Below are positions 1 to 10,461 of a stretch of 64,000 nucleotides of DNA, piece after piece. Origin of the DNA: an uncultured delta proteobacterium (GTDB lineage Bacteria; Desulfobacterota; Desulfuromonadia; Geobacterales; DSM-12255); assembly GCA_963787125.1 (NCBI GenBank), contig CAWBBV010000007.1, positions 160,001 through 224,000 on the forward strand, written 5' to 3'. Position 1 is the first letter of the stretch. Each line of letters opens with the position of its first letter. Below the pieces are notes generated by a model that searched no databases, was not told the DNA's origin, and saw only the letters and a list, made by a program, of their open reading frames with translations. The position numbers and the translations under genes are program-made.

Positions 1-59
1 CAGAGTTAACGGTGGTACGCAGGTTCGGTTATGAGGATTTCAGAAGTCGTCTTTCATAG
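1..59 (+). CDS. nspC: 3' end of probable carboxynorspermidine decarboxylase (partial)
   Basis: Frame from position 3 reads ELTVVRRFGYEDFRSRLS*, resembling the NspC C-terminus; lies directly upstream of speA. Confidence 0.7.
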   Translation, partial: ELTVVRRFGYEDFRSRLS

Positions 60-88
60 ATGATTAGAAGAATAAAAGCATAAATCCA

Positions 89-167
89 ACACAGAGATGC
101 AGAGGCATAGAGAACTGATTTTTGAGCTACGATAAAGTGTTGCCACTGTGCCTCACTGTCTCTGTGT
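89..167. repeat. Imperfect inverted repeat built from short CACAGAG-type units
   Basis: acacagagatgcagaggcatagag ... ctgtgcctcactgtctctgtgt between nspC and speA. Confidence 0.65.
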
Positions 168-183
168 CTAATTGTCTTGAAAG

Positions 184-2100
184 GTGGTTACATTGGAAAA
201 ATGGTCAATCAACGACTCCGCTAAAATCTACAACCTGGACAACTGGGGGGCTGATCTCTTCTCCATAAACAAGAAAGGGAATATCTGCGTTCATCCTTCG
301 TCTAACTCCAAAAGTTCGATCGACCTGCGTGCCCTTATGGACGACCTGATCAAGCGGAAAATAAAACCGCCGATACTTCTCCGTTTCATGGACATCCTTC
401 AGGGACGAATCGCCAGCATCAACAGGGTGTTCAAGAACGCCATTACTGAAAACGCTTATCCTGCCAAGTATCAGACTTTTTACCCAATAAAGGTGAACCA
501 GCAGCGCCAGGTTGTAGAGGCGATTGCTCATTACGGCAAGCGCTACAATATCGGCCTTGAGGTCGGTTCCAAACCTGAACTGGTGGCCGGTATTGCCATT
601 TCCAGCGGCAATAACCTGCCGATAATCTGTAACGGTTACAAGGATACGGAGTACATCGAGACTGTCCTTTATGCTACCAAGATCGGCTATGATATAACTT
701 TGGTTATCGAAAAACTTTTCGAGCTGGAGAAGATTATCGAGTTGGTTAAAAAGACCGGTATTCAGCCCAAGCTGGGGATACGGGTCAAGCTCTCGTCAAA
801 AGGGACCGGCAAGTGGGCGACCTCCGGCGGGGAGGATGCGAAGTTCGGCTTGCGGATGTCTGAAATTATCGGCGCGATCAATCTGCTTGAAGAGAATGGC
901 CTGATAAGCAATGTCAAGCTGCTCCATTTTCATATCGGCAGCCAGATCACCAAAATAGATAAAATAAAGACTGCCCTGATTGAGGGGGCGCGGATTTACA
1001 CCGAACTGCGCAAACTCGGGGTCGGGATTGAGTATGTTGATATCGGCGGAGGTCTCGGCGTCGATTACGACGGCTCCAAGTCCAGCTACTTCTCCAGCGT
1101 CAACTACTCCATCGACGAATATGCCAATGACGTCATCTATCAGATCAAGAACATCTGCGACGATGCCGGGGTGGAATGTCCCAATATCATCTCCGAATCG
1201 GGCCGTGCAACAGTTGCCCACTACTCGGTGCTGGTAACCAACGTGCTCAACACCAACACCCAGCGGCTCACTCCCGACTTTGAAGAAGACCTGGCAACTG
1301 CCGAAAAGCTTGCCCCCACAGTCAAAAAACTGGTGGACATTCATAAAAGCATTGACCGCTATTCGCTGCGCGAAGATTACCACGATACCCAGCAGCTGAT
1401 TCAGGAAGCGGTCAGCCTCTTTAACCTCGGGTATCTGACCCTGCAGGAACGGGCAATGGCAGAGTGGCTCTACGGCAAGATTATCAAAAAGATCAACAGC
1501 ATTGTCGAGAAAATCAAGCCGATCCCCGAGGAGTTGCAGAACTTTCAGCTGGCTCTGCGCCAGACCTACTTTGCCAACTTCTCCCTTTTCCAGTCCATTC
1601 CCGACTCCTGGGCAATTGATCAGCTGTTCCCGATCATGCCGATTCAGCGACTTAACCAGAAACCTGATGTTCTTGCTTCAATTGCCGATATCACCTGTGA
1701 CTCGGACGGTGAAATTACCAGTTTTGTCGGTGAGAACGGCAGAGCCAAGGCGCTGCCGCTGCACAAGATCAAAAAGGATGAGGACTACTACATCGGATTC
1801 TTCCTGATCGGCGCGTATCAGGAGATTCTGGGCGATCTGCACAACCTTTTCGGTGATACCAATGCGGTACATATCACCTTCAATAAACGTACCGGCTACA
1901 TGATCGATACGGTTATCAATGGTGATGCCTGCTGGGAGAGCCTCAAATACGTCCAGTACAAAGGGCCAGAGATCCTCAAAAGAGTCCGTGAACACTTGGA
2001 GAAGGGGGTTGCCCAGAGGAAAGTCTCCATCGAGGAGAGCAGTCATTTTATTGAGCTGCTTGACCGGACTCTCCTGGGATATACCTATCTGGGGGAGTAA
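184..2100 (+). CDS. speA: Biosynthetic arginine decarboxylase (true start may be TTG at 193)
   Basis: YPIKVNQ PLP-lysine motif, GLEVGSKPEL, HFHIGSQ, DITCDSDG, GAYQEILGDLHNLFG. Confidence 0.95.
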   Translation: MVTLEKWSINDSAKIYNLDNWGADLFSINKKGNICVHPSSNSKSSIDLRALMDDLIKRKIKPPILLRFMDILQGRIASINRVFKNAITENAYPAKYQTFYPIKVNQQRQVVEAIAHYGKRYNIGLEVGSKPELVAGIAISSGNNLPIICNGYKDTEYIETVLYATKIGYDITLVIEKLFELEKIIELVKKTGIQPKLGIRVKLSSKGTGKWATSGGEDAKFGLRMSEIIGAINLLEENGLISNVKLLHFHIGSQITKIDKIKTALIEGARIYTELRKLGVGIEYVDIGGGLGVDYDGSKSSYFSSVNYSIDEYANDVIYQIKNICDDAGVECPNIISESGRATVAHYSVLVTNVLNTNTQRLTPDFEEDLATAEKLAPTVKKLVDIHKSIDRYSLREDYHDTQQLIQEAVSLFNLGYLTLQERAMAEWLYGKIIKKINSIVEKIKPIPEELQNFQLALRQTYFANFSLFQSIPDSWAIDQLFPIMPIQRLNQKPDVLASIADITCDSDGEITSFVGENGRAKALPLHKIKKDEDYYIGFFLIGAYQEILGDLHNLFGDTNAVHITFNKRTGYMIDTVINGDACWESLKYVQYKGPEILKRVREHLEKGVAQRKVSIEESSHFIELLDRTLLGYTYLGE

Positions 2101-2106
2101 GATATT

Positions 2107-3711
2107 TTGCAGAGGGTAGCCGCTTTTCTTAAAGACCATCCCGACTATTTCTGTGCAGCGCTGATAGCCGTGCTTGCATTTGGCTTGCGCTACTGGTTTT
2201 TCTGGAACTACCCTTATCCCCTGATGCTTCATGAGCAGGACGGCATCGCCTATATGTCGATTGCGAAAGATATTCTTTCGTTCAGAGTTCCTGCCAACCT
2301 GTTCATGCCGCCATTTTATCCATTTGTTATCGCTATTTTCTCGGTGCTGCCGATAAAGCTTGAGATTGCGGCCAGAGTTGCTGCCATAACCATGGATGCT
2401 CTGACAGTCTTTCCGCTGTATGGCCTGTCAAGGATCATTCTCCCTCGTTCAGCAGCGCTCGCGGTCGTTTTCCTCTGGGCAACATTCGGCTTCTGTCTTT
2501 ACTTTTCAGTATCACCTCTAAGCCAGTCTACTTATCTCTGTATGCTCCTTTTTGGAACATATCTCCTTTATCTGGCACTTCAGGATAGCTCAAAGACGTG
2601 GCTCTTCGGTCTGGCCGGCGCTTTGCTTGCAGCAGCCTACCTTACCCGTCCTGAAAGTGTGGTTGCCATCGGTGCAGGCCTTCTTCTGATCGTGATCGGT
2701 TCGCTGCGTCAAGGTTCTGATCGTCGCGAGCACATGAAAGGGGGGGCGGTTTTACTGCTGGTTTTTTTTGTCACCGCCCTGCCATATCTCCTTTTGCTCA
2801 GGAATCAGCTTGGTTTCTGGACATTTACCGGCAAGACGACCGTGGCGATCAAGGGGATTGACGGTTCGCTAACACTCGGCTCAAGTGGTGGAGCTGTCAA
2901 GAACGGTCTGGCTCTCTGGTTGGAGCAGTTTGGCGGTTTTTCAGGCGGAATTAAATTTATCAGCGGTAATATTTCCGGCTTTCTGCTGGCGCTGAAAAGT
3001 GTATTTCCTGACTGGATGAGTTATTTTGCACTTGGTGGAATTCCTTTTCTCTTGGTGGGGAGAAATTTATTCGGCAGACTCTTTCTGCTCATTCCTTTCA
3101 TTGGAACTCTGCCGGTATTTGTGGCAAATCTTCCCAAAGCTAATTCATATATTTATCCGCTTTATCCGCTTTATATGATCTCTTTCGTTGCAGCACTCCT
3201 TTTTATCGCTACCCTTGCCCGGAAAATAGTCAGAATACTGCCAGTCCCTGAGATTGTCGCAACGATACTGTTTTATGCCCTGCTTTTTGGGGCTCTGCCG
3301 AAGATCGCAATCTACAATTTCAATGAAACAGTAATCACTTTTACCCACCCTCAATATCTGCATCAGGTAAACATGGCCAACAGAGTGATGAAACCCGCGG
3401 CTGAAGACCTTAAGCGTTACTCTGGCGAGAAGGACATTGTGATGACCCGTTGGGGATTGATCTCCTATTTTGCAGAGAGACCCCTTATGATTATGCCCAA
3501 GGGGAGCATAGAGCAGGTGCTTGCAGACGGACGCAATAGCAATGCCAAATTCATCGTCATTGACACTGAATCCGTAGAGACAAGAAGGCAGGAGCTAGCC
3601 CCTTTGCTTGCTCCTCTGTATGGCAGAGCGATAGATCCTCGTTTGGGAATAGATGTCGTGTCAACCTGGCGCTCTGATGTCGGCGGTTATGTTCTTTATC
3701 GCTACAGATGA
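2107..3711 (+). CDS. Polytopic membrane glycosyltransferase, GT-C fold (GT39/PMT/ArnT-like)
   Basis: Many TM segments; EQDG..Y luminal loop, PPFYP, YLTRPE motif. Confidence 0.7.
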   Translation: MQRVAAFLKDHPDYFCAALIAVLAFGLRYWFFWNYPYPLMLHEQDGIAYMSIAKDILSFRVPANLFMPPFYPFVIAIFSVLPIKLEIAARVAAITMDALTVFPLYGLSRIILPRSAALAVVFLWATFGFCLYFSVSPLSQSTYLCMLLFGTYLLYLALQDSSKTWLFGLAGALLAAAYLTRPESVVAIGAGLLLIVIGSLRQGSDRREHMKGGAVLLLVFFVTALPYLLLLRNQLGFWTFTGKTTVAIKGIDGSLTLGSSGGAVKNGLALWLEQFGGFSGGIKFISGNISGFLLALKSVFPDWMSYFALGGIPFLLVGRNLFGRLFLLIPFIGTLPVFVANLPKANSYIYPLYPLYMISFVAALLFIATLARKIVRILPVPEIVATILFYALLFGALPKIAIYNFNETVITFTHPQYLHQVNMANRVMKPAAEDLKRYSGEKDIVMTRWGLISYFAERPLMIMPKGSIEQVLADGRNSNAKFIVIDTESVETRRQELAPLLAPLYGRAIDPRLGIDVVSTWRSDVGGYVLYRYR

Positions 3712-3767
3712 TCTCTACCACCCTTGTTCATTCACCGGAAAGCTTGCATTAAAAGTCAGGGAAGTTT

Positions 3768-4256
3768 ATGGCAAAGGAAAAGACGCCGGTTACTGCGGCA
3801 ATAAGGCAGTTGCGAAGTGAAAGTACAGTTTTCAGCGAGCATCTTTATCAGTATGAAGAGAAAGGTGGCACGGCTGCCTCTGCCCGCGAACTGGAGCTTG
3901 ACGAGCATGCTGTCGTCAAGACCCTTATCATGGCGGACGAGCGGAAAAACCCGCTCATTGTCCTGATGCATGGCGACTGTCAGGTTTCAACAAAAGAGTT
4001 GGCACGCTTCCTAGGAGTAAAACAGATAACCCCATGTTCTCCTGAAACTGCCAATAAGCATACAGGCTATCTTGTGGGCGGCACATCGCCTTTCGGGACG
4101 AAAAAAGCTCTGCCGGTCTACATGGAGGAGAGCATTCTCTGTCTGGAGAAGATCTATCTGAACGGCGGAAAACGCGGTTTTCTGGTGGGGATTACCCCGA
4201 CTGATCTGGTGAGAGTGCTGCGACCAGTTCTTGTTGCGGTGGGGATAAAGAGCTAG
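3768..4256 (+). CDS. ybaK: Cys-tRNA(Pro) deacylase
   Basis: VVKTL, TGYLVGGTSPFG, NGGKRG motifs. Confidence 0.9.
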   Translation: MAKEKTPVTAAIRQLRSESTVFSEHLYQYEEKGGTAASARELELDEHAVVKTLIMADERKNPLIVLMHGDCQVSTKELARFLGVKQITPCSPETANKHTGYLVGGTSPFGTKKALPVYMEESILCLEKIYLNGGKRGFLVGITPTDLVRVLRPVLVAVGIKS

Positions 4257-4290
4257 GATCGAACTGCTGTGTGCAAAAACAGAACTGAAA

Positions 4291-5496
4291 TTACCCTTCC
4301 AGAAACAGCTCTTCCGGCTCTTCCACCAGCTCTTTCACTCTTTTGAGGAACAGTACCGCCTCTTTGCCGTCGATCAGGCGGTGGTCGTAGGAAAGTGCCA
4401 GATACATCATCGGTCTGATGACAATGGCTCCTTCCCTGACGACGGCTCTCTCCTGGATGGCATGCATCCCGAGCACGGCGCTCTGGGGTGGATTGATGAT
4501 CGGGGTGGAGAGCATGGAACCGTAGACGCCGCCGTTGGTGATGGTGAACGTCCCCCCTTCCAGATCGGCTATGGTAATCTGATTCGCTTTGACCTTTTGC
4601 GAAAAATCGGCGATGCCTTTCTCAATCTCCCAGAAGTGCAGTCTGTCCGCCCCCTTCAATACCGGCACGACAAGTCCTTTTTCTCCGCCGACGGCAATGC
4701 CGATATCGTAAAATTCGTGGTAGACGATGTCACTGCCGTCGATCCGGGCATTGACGGCCGGATACTCACGCAGCGCCTCGCAGCAGCTCTTGACAAAGAA
4801 CGACATGAAGCCGAGGGGGGCGCCGTGGCGCTCTTTCATCTGCTCCTTGTGGCGAGAGCGCAGCTCAATAATCCGGCTCATGTCAGCTTCATTAAAGGTA
4901 GTCAGCATGGCGGTCTGCTGCCGTGCCGCCAGCAGCCGCTCGGCGATCCGCTTTCTGATGGGGCTCATGGGGACCCGCCGCTCTCCTGTAACCGCGGGTG
5001 CAGTTACGGCAGGCGCGGCCCGGTATTCAACCGGCTCTTCAGAACGGACAGAACCAACTTTCTCTATGGCAACCTTTTGACCGTCTGTCTCCTCCTGACT
5101 CCTGATCCCTGCCTTAACAATATCCTCCGGAGTTATACGCCCCCCCTTGCCGCTGCCGGCGACGGCTGCCATGTCAACCTTCAGTTCAGCCGCTACTTTA
5201 CGGGCTGATGGCGTCGATGGCGGCGGTAGCTGAGCCTCCCCGGCTGCTGGTGGTAACGAGGCGTCGTCGATCTCGGTGATTTCCCCGATGATCGTGCCGA
5301 TCTTGACGGTCTCACCTTCAGGAACCAGCTGGTGCAAAATGCCTGCAGCATCAGCCTGAAGGTTGAAGGTTATTTTGTCGGTCTCCAGTTCACAGACGGC
5401 TTCGTCCTTTGCCACCATGGCGCCGCTCTCTTTCAGCCATTTGCCGACCAGCGCCTCAACAACCGATTCACCGACAGCTGGGACTTTTATCTCCAT
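4291..5496 (-). CDS. sucB: 2-oxoglutarate dehydrogenase E2, dihydrolipoamide succinyltransferase
   Basis: Lipoyl ETDK, E3-binding [16 protein letters not shown]; start reassigned to ATG 5496 (MEIKVP) with GGAGG SD. Confidence 0.95.
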   Translation of the reverse strand: MEIKVPAVGESVVEALVGKWLKESGAMVAKDEAVCELETDKITFNLQADAAGILHQLVPEGETVKIGTIIGEITEIDDASLPPAAGEAQLPPPSTPSARKVAAELKVDMAAVAGSGKGGRITPEDIVKAGIRSQEETDGQKVAIEKVGSVRSEEPVEYRAAPAVTAPAVTGERRVPMSPIRKRIAERLLAARQQTAMLTTFNEADMSRIIELRSRHKEQMKERHGAPLGFMSFFVKSCCEALREYPAVNARIDGSDIVYHEFYDIGIAVGGEKGLVVPVLKGADRLHFWEIEKGIADFSQKVKANQITIADLEGGTFTITNGGVYGSMLSTPIINPPQSAVLGMHAIQERAVVREGAIVIRPMMYLALSYDHRLIDGKEAVLFLKRVKELVEEPEELFLEG

Positions 5497-5542
5497 AGAC
5501 TCCTCCTGAGTAGCTTGACAAATATAAACCTTAAAATCGTTT

Positions 5543-5719
5543 GCCACGGATGACACGGATTTACACGGATAAAACCTTAAAGGCAAAATCATTTTCAGGG
5601 TAAACCCTAAAACCGTTTTCAGCTTTTCTCTGCGCCTCTGTGCTTTAGGCCCTGTGGGTCCTCCGTGAGAGACAAAATTTTTAGGGTTTCCATCCGTGTA
5701 AATCCGTGTCATCCGTGGC
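5543..5719. repeat. 177-bp palindromic element with perfect 28-bp terminal inverted repeats made of ACACGGAT units
   Basis: gccacggatgacacggatttacacggat (5543-5570) is the exact reverse complement of 5692-5719. Confidence 0.85.
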
Positions 5720-5728
5720 TAAGATTAT

Positions 5729-8377
5729 TTACAAAAACGCCCCTTTAACTATCCTCTGCTGCTCTTCACCATGAACCCGGTGGGAACCGGTTGCCGGTGC
5801 TGCGGCAGCGGCTCTGCCGACATAAAGCGGCTCACTTCCCAATAGTTTTGCCAGTTCGATTCTTAGCTGAGGCCAGGCACCCATGTTCTCCGGTTCTTCC
5901 TGCACCCAGGCAACAGCTTCAGCCTGTAATACCCCTTCAAGCAGATCGCCGCAGAAAGGGTACAGCTGCTCGATTCTGATTATGGCGACATCATTTCTGC
6001 CGCTCTTGGTCCGCTCTTCCCGCAGCTCATAGTAGATCTTGCCGGAGCAGAGAATGACTTTTGCAGGCTCTTTGACGGCTTCATCACCAATCACCGCCTG
6101 GAACGACCCGCTGGCAAGATCGGCAAGGTCGGATACGCAGACCGGGTTGCGGAGCAGGCTCTTCGGGGTGAAGACGATCAGCGGTTTCCTCAGCGGCTGT
6201 TTTAGCTGGCGGCGGAGCAGATGGAAAATCTGGGCAGGGGTCGATGGTGTGGCAATCTGCAGGTTGTTTTCAGCGCAGAGGGAGAGAAAGCGTTCAATGC
6301 GGGCGCTGGAGTGTTCGGCACCGTTCCCTTCATAACCGTGGGGCAGCAAAAGGACCAGGGCCGACGAGCGGTCCCATTTGCTTTCGCCGGCAGCAATGAA
6401 CTGGTCGATGATCACCTGGGCGCCGTTGGCAAAGTCGCCGAACTGGGCTTCCCAGATCGTCAGATCGTCAAGAGCGGTGACACTGTAGCCGTATTCGAAA
6501 CCGAGCACGGCGTTTTCCGAAAGCATGCTGTCATAGACCCTGAAACGGGCGTTGCCGTCCGCAACCGTTGAAAGGGGCGTAAATGTTGCCGGACTGCTCA
6601 TGTCATGGAGAACCGCATGGCGGTGGTTGAAGGTGCCACGGCGTGAATCCTGCCCGGACAGGCGGACAGAAACCCCTTCGGTAAGGAGGGTGGCAAAGGC
6701 AAGAGCCTCTGCCGTGCCCCAATCAATGCCGCTGCCTGAAGTGATAGCTTCCAGTCTTTTGCTGTAGAGCTGCACCATTTTAGGGTGCGGGTTAAACCCG
6801 TTCGGCAGAGCGGTAATTATTTTTGCCAGCTCTTTGAGGCTCTTTGCAGCGACTGCAGTCTTCTCCGAAAGGCGGGCTTTTGTCAAAAGTTCAGCAGCTC
6901 TTTCCGAGCCCGGCTGGTGATGGGGCAGTTGCCCGGCTGCGGCCCGCTCCAGTGCTTCCCGGTAGCCTGCCAGCATTTTTTCCATGGCGTCACGAGGGAC
7001 GCCTTCAGTCGCAAGTGTCTCAGCGTAGAGAAGGTGCAACTGGCGGCGATTCTTTATCAGCTCATACATAAGTGGCTGGGTGAAGCCCGGTTCATCCCCT
7101 TCATTGTGTCCGTGACGGCGGTAACAGATGATCTCGATAACTACATCCCTGCCAAACTTCTGCCGGTAGGCGAGGGCAAGCCTGGCAACCATGTCGACCG
7201 CTTCCGGTTCCTCGCCATGGACATGGAAGACCGGTATCATCAGCATTCTCGCCACATCGGTTGCGTAGCGGGTCGAGCGGGAATCTTCCGGCAGAGTGGT
7301 AAAACCTATCTGGTTATTGAGGACGATATGGATCGTGCCGCCGGTAGAGTAACCTTCAAGCTGGGAAAGATTAAGAGTTTCCGCGATAATCCCCTGGCCG
7401 GCAAAAGCAGCGTCGCCATGGACCAGCAGGGGGAGGAGACGGGTTTTCCCGTCACCACCAATGGCATCCTGATGGGCGCGACATTTACCCTCGACAACCG
7501 GATCGACCGCTTCAAGATGGCTCGGGTTAAAGGCGAGGGAGAGGTGCAGTCCGCCCACATCGGCTGAATAGCCTTTATGATACTTTACATCGCCGTCACC
7601 GGAGATGCTTTCGCTGCTGTTGTCCTCAAATTCGGAAAATATTGCTGCCAGTGGCTTGCCGAGGATGTTGGCAAGCACATTGAGCCTCCCGCGGTGTGAC
7701 ATACCGATGACTGCCCCTGATATCCCTGCGCTTGCAGCGGAAGATGTTATGGCATCAAGGGCGACAAGGAGCGCCTCACCACCCTCCAGGGAGAATCTTT
7801 TCTGGCCGATAAAGCGGCGATGTAGGAATTCTTCAAAAAGAGTCCCTTGCTGGAGGCGCGAAAGAATTCTCAGTTTTAGCTCCATACCCGGATCCGGCCT
7901 GTTCATGGTCGGCTCCATCCGGTCTATCAGCCACTGGCGCTCGACCGGGTTCTGGATGTACATGAATTCGACGCCGACAGCGTGGCAGTAGGTTCCTTGC
8001 ATGGTCCCGAGGATCTCACGGAGCGTGGCAGTCTCTTTCAGGTAGCGTTTAATATGGAAGTGCTGATCAAGGCTAGCCTCAGACAGCTCAAACGCCGCCA
8101 GATCGAGGAGCGGATGGGAAAGCGGGCAGGGGGAGAGCGGGTCTGTGCAGGCTAGCAGGTGGCCCATGTCACGGTAGCGGTAGATGAGCGACTGGACGGA
8201 TGACTGGAGCATGGCAGCTGGCAGGTCGGGGTGCAGGTCAGCCGGGAGCGGGCTTCTCCCCAGGTCGAAACCGGCAAAGAAGCTTTGCCATTCGGGGTCA
8301 ACACTTTCCCGGCTGGTCTGCCATTTGAAGTACTGCGCTTCGAGCCATTGCGGTGATATGTTCTGCAGAAAAGGCAT
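5729..8377 (-). CDS. sucA: 2-oxoglutarate dehydrogenase E1
   Basis: KRFSLEGGE, GDVKYH, HGDAAFAGQG, WEAQFGDFANGAQ. Confidence 0.95.
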   Translation of the reverse strand: MPFLQNISPQWLEAQYFKWQTSRESVDPEWQSFFAGFDLGRSPLPADLHPDLPAAMLQSSVQSLIYRYRDMGHLLACTDPLSPCPLSHPLLDLAAFELSEASLDQHFHIKRYLKETATLREILGTMQGTYCHAVGVEFMYIQNPVERQWLIDRMEPTMNRPDPGMELKLRILSRLQQGTLFEEFLHRRFIGQKRFSLEGGEALLVALDAITSSAASAGISGAVIGMSHRGRLNVLANILGKPLAAIFSEFEDNSSESISGDGDVKYHKGYSADVGGLHLSLAFNPSHLEAVDPVVEGKCRAHQDAIGGDGKTRLLPLLVHGDAAFAGQGIIAETLNLSQLEGYSTGGTIHIVLNNQIGFTTLPEDSRSTRYATDVARMLMIPVFHVHGEEPEAVDMVARLALAYRQKFGRDVVIEIICYRRHGHNEGDEPGFTQPLMYELIKNRRQLHLLYAETLATEGVPRDAMEKMLAGYREALERAAAGQLPHHQPGSERAAELLTKARLSEKTAVAAKSLKELAKIITALPNGFNPHPKMVQLYSKRLEAITSGSGIDWGTAEALAFATLLTEGVSVRLSGQDSRRGTFNHRHAVLHDMSSPATFTPLSTVADGNARFRVYDSMLSENAVLGFEYGYSVTALDDLTIWEAQFGDFANGAQVIIDQFIAAGESKWDRSSALVLLLPHGYEGNGAEHSSARIERFLSLCAENNLQIATPSTPAQIFHLLRRQLKQPLRKPLIVFTPKSLLRNPVCVSDLADLASGSFQAVIGDEAVKEPAKVILCSGKIYYELREERTKSGRNDVAIIRIEQLYPFCGDLLEGVLQAEAVAWVQEEPENMGAWPQLRIELAKLLGSEPLYVGRAAAAAPATGSHRVHGEEQQRIVKGAFL

Positions 8378-8550
8378 GAAAGGACTCCTGAAACTTTGCA
8401 GGTTAATGTTTAACTATAGCAGATCAGTCGCTAGATGCAATGCTCACATGAGCGCAGAACACTCAACTTTTCTTGACAGTTTTGCGGTTTTGACCGATTG
8501 TTTTGCTGCGCAGGAAAGGCCCTACAGGCCGGTTTCACTATGGAGGTTTC

Positions 8551-10386
8551 TTGAACTTTCTCGAACGGATAAAAGAAGAGGTAATAGTCGGCGACGGTGC
8601 CATCGGCACCATGCTTTACAGCAAAGGGGTCGGCCTTGATGCCAATTTTGAGCACTTAAACCTTGTCAGACCTTCACTGGTTGCCGAGCTGCACCGGGAG
8701 TACCTGGCTGCCGGGGCGAGGGTGATCGAGACCAATACTTTCGGTGCCAATCGCACCCGGCTGGCGCCCATCGGCCTTGAGAAGAAGATTGCCGATCTGA
8801 ACCGCCAGGGGGCGCTCATAGCCAGGCAGGCGGTGATTGATGCCGGACTGGCTGGCAATGCCTATGTGGCCGGATCGATCGGCCCGCTGGCAAAACTAAA
8901 AGGGGACGAACAGGAGCCTGGCGAGGGGGAGATGACGGCGCTCTTCATGGAGCAGGCCGTGCCTCTTGCTGAAGCTGGCATTGATCTCTTCATCCTTGAG
9001 ACATTTTCTGACCTTCTCCAGCTAAAATGCGCTCTGGCGGCGGCTAAAACGTGCGGACTACCTGTGGTGGCAAGCATGGCCTACCTTGAGGGTGGGCGGA
9101 CAGTCGGCGGAGCCGAAGCGACGCGTGTTGCCAGTGAGTTGACCCTTGCCGGAGCCGATCTCATCGGCGCCAACTGCGGGGCCGGTCCCCGTGAAGTCCT
9201 GTTGAGCCTGGAGAAGCTGGCAAAGGGGAGTGCGCTTCCCCTGGCAGCTTTTGCCAATTCGGGCTTCCCGGAATTTGTCGATGGCCGCTACATCTACCGG
9301 ACGACCCCGGACTACTTTGCCGAAAAGGGGCTGGAGATGGTAGCGGCGGGAGCTGTCCTCATCGGCGGCTGCTGCGGCACGACCCCGGAGCATATCAGAC
9401 AACTGGCGCTCCGTCTCGAAGGGGTAAAACCTTCACCGAAGCGGGTCTTTGTCGAGTTCGTCCAGAGTGCCAGCCCTGTTGAAAGCGCAGAGAAGGGTGA
9501 AGGGTTTCTCGCCGACTGGGGTAAGAGGCCGGTCATCACCGTTGAGCTGGATCCGCCCAAGGGGCTCGACTGCAGCAAGGTGCTCACCGGTGCAGCCGCG
9601 CTGCAAGCGGCGGGCGCCGATGCCATCAATCTTGCCGAAAATCCTCTGGCGCGGGTCAGGATGGGTAACATCGCCCTGGCAAGAATTATCCAGGAGAGTG
9701 CCGGGATCGAGGTCATTCCCCATATCACCTGCCGTGACCGGAATCTGCTCGGACTGCAGTCGGATCTCATGGGGGCGAGTCTGCTCGGGATCCGCTCCAT
9801 CCTTGCGGTTACCGGTGACCCGGCCCGGCTTGGTGACCAGAGTGGCGCTTCGTCGGTCTTTGACCTGAACTCCTTCGGGCTGATAAAGCTTCTGGCCGAT
9901 CTTAACAGCGGAGTTAACGGCCTGGGCCAGTCAATTAGCGGCGGGACCGGCTTCAAGATCGGTTGTGCCTTTAACCCCAATACGCCAAAGCTGGATGTTC
10001 AGATTGCCCGGTTGGAAAAAAAGGTGGCGGCCGGGGCCACCTTTGCCCAGACTCAACCTGTTTACGATTCTGAAAAGGTGATTGCCATGATGGAGCGGAC
10101 GGCGTACCTGGAGATTCCGATTCTGTTGGGGATCATGCCGCTGACCGGAGAGCGCAACTGTGAGTATCTGCATAACGAGGTGCCTGGCATAGTCATCCCG
10201 GATGAGGTCAGAGCCAGGATGCGCGGCAAGGAGAAAGCGGCAGGAGCTGCAGAGGGGATACGGATAGCGCTGGAGATGATAGCTTCTGTCAGGGCGGTTG
10301 TCGGTGGTTACTACATTATTGCACCGTTCGGGAGGCATGAGGTGGCTGTGGAGCTGATCAGGGCAATTCGAAAAGAAGCCCACTAA
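8551..10386 (+). CDS. yitJ: Bifunctional homocysteine S-methyltransferase / methylenetetrahydrofolate reductase (YitJ-like)
   Basis: DGAIGT, GANC, GGCCGTTPEHI, then MTHFR half (ELDPPK, HITCRDRN, TGDP); TTG start at 8551 after GGAGG. Confidence 0.88.
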   Translation: MNFLERIKEEVIVGDGAIGTMLYSKGVGLDANFEHLNLVRPSLVAELHREYLAAGARVIETNTFGANRTRLAPIGLEKKIADLNRQGALIARQAVIDAGLAGNAYVAGSIGPLAKLKGDEQEPGEGEMTALFMEQAVPLAEAGIDLFILETFSDLLQLKCALAAAKTCGLPVVASMAYLEGGRTVGGAEATRVASELTLAGADLIGANCGAGPREVLLSLEKLAKGSALPLAAFANSGFPEFVDGRYIYRTTPDYFAEKGLEMVAAGAVLIGGCCGTTPEHIRQLALRLEGVKPSPKRVFVEFVQSASPVESAEKGEGFLADWGKRPVITVELDPPKGLDCSKVLTGAAALQAAGADAINLAENPLARVRMGNIALARIIQESAGIEVIPHITCRDRNLLGLQSDLMGASLLGIRSILAVTGDPARLGDQSGASSVFDLNSFGLIKLLADLNSGVNGLGQSISGGTGFKIGCAFNPNTPKLDVQIARLEKKVAAGATFAQTQPVYDSEKVIAMMERTAYLEIPILLGIMPLTGERNCEYLHNEVPGIVIPDEVRARMRGKEKAAGAAEGIRIALEMIASVRAVVGGYYIIAPFGRHEVAVELIRAIRKEAH

Positions 10387-10461
10387 GTTTAAAAAGTGAG
10401 CCATTACACTGTCAATATTGGTGGTCAGAAATCTACCGGGAACCGATGCTCGGTATCGATT

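Noticed and set aside
5497..5712. 71-aa N-terminal extension of SucB
   Set aside because: Runs through the palindromic repeat; a good SD precedes ATG 5496
8380..8550. SAM/SAH riboswitch upstream of the yitJ-like gene
   Set aside because: No recognisable consensus by eye; an Rfam/Infernal scan would be needed
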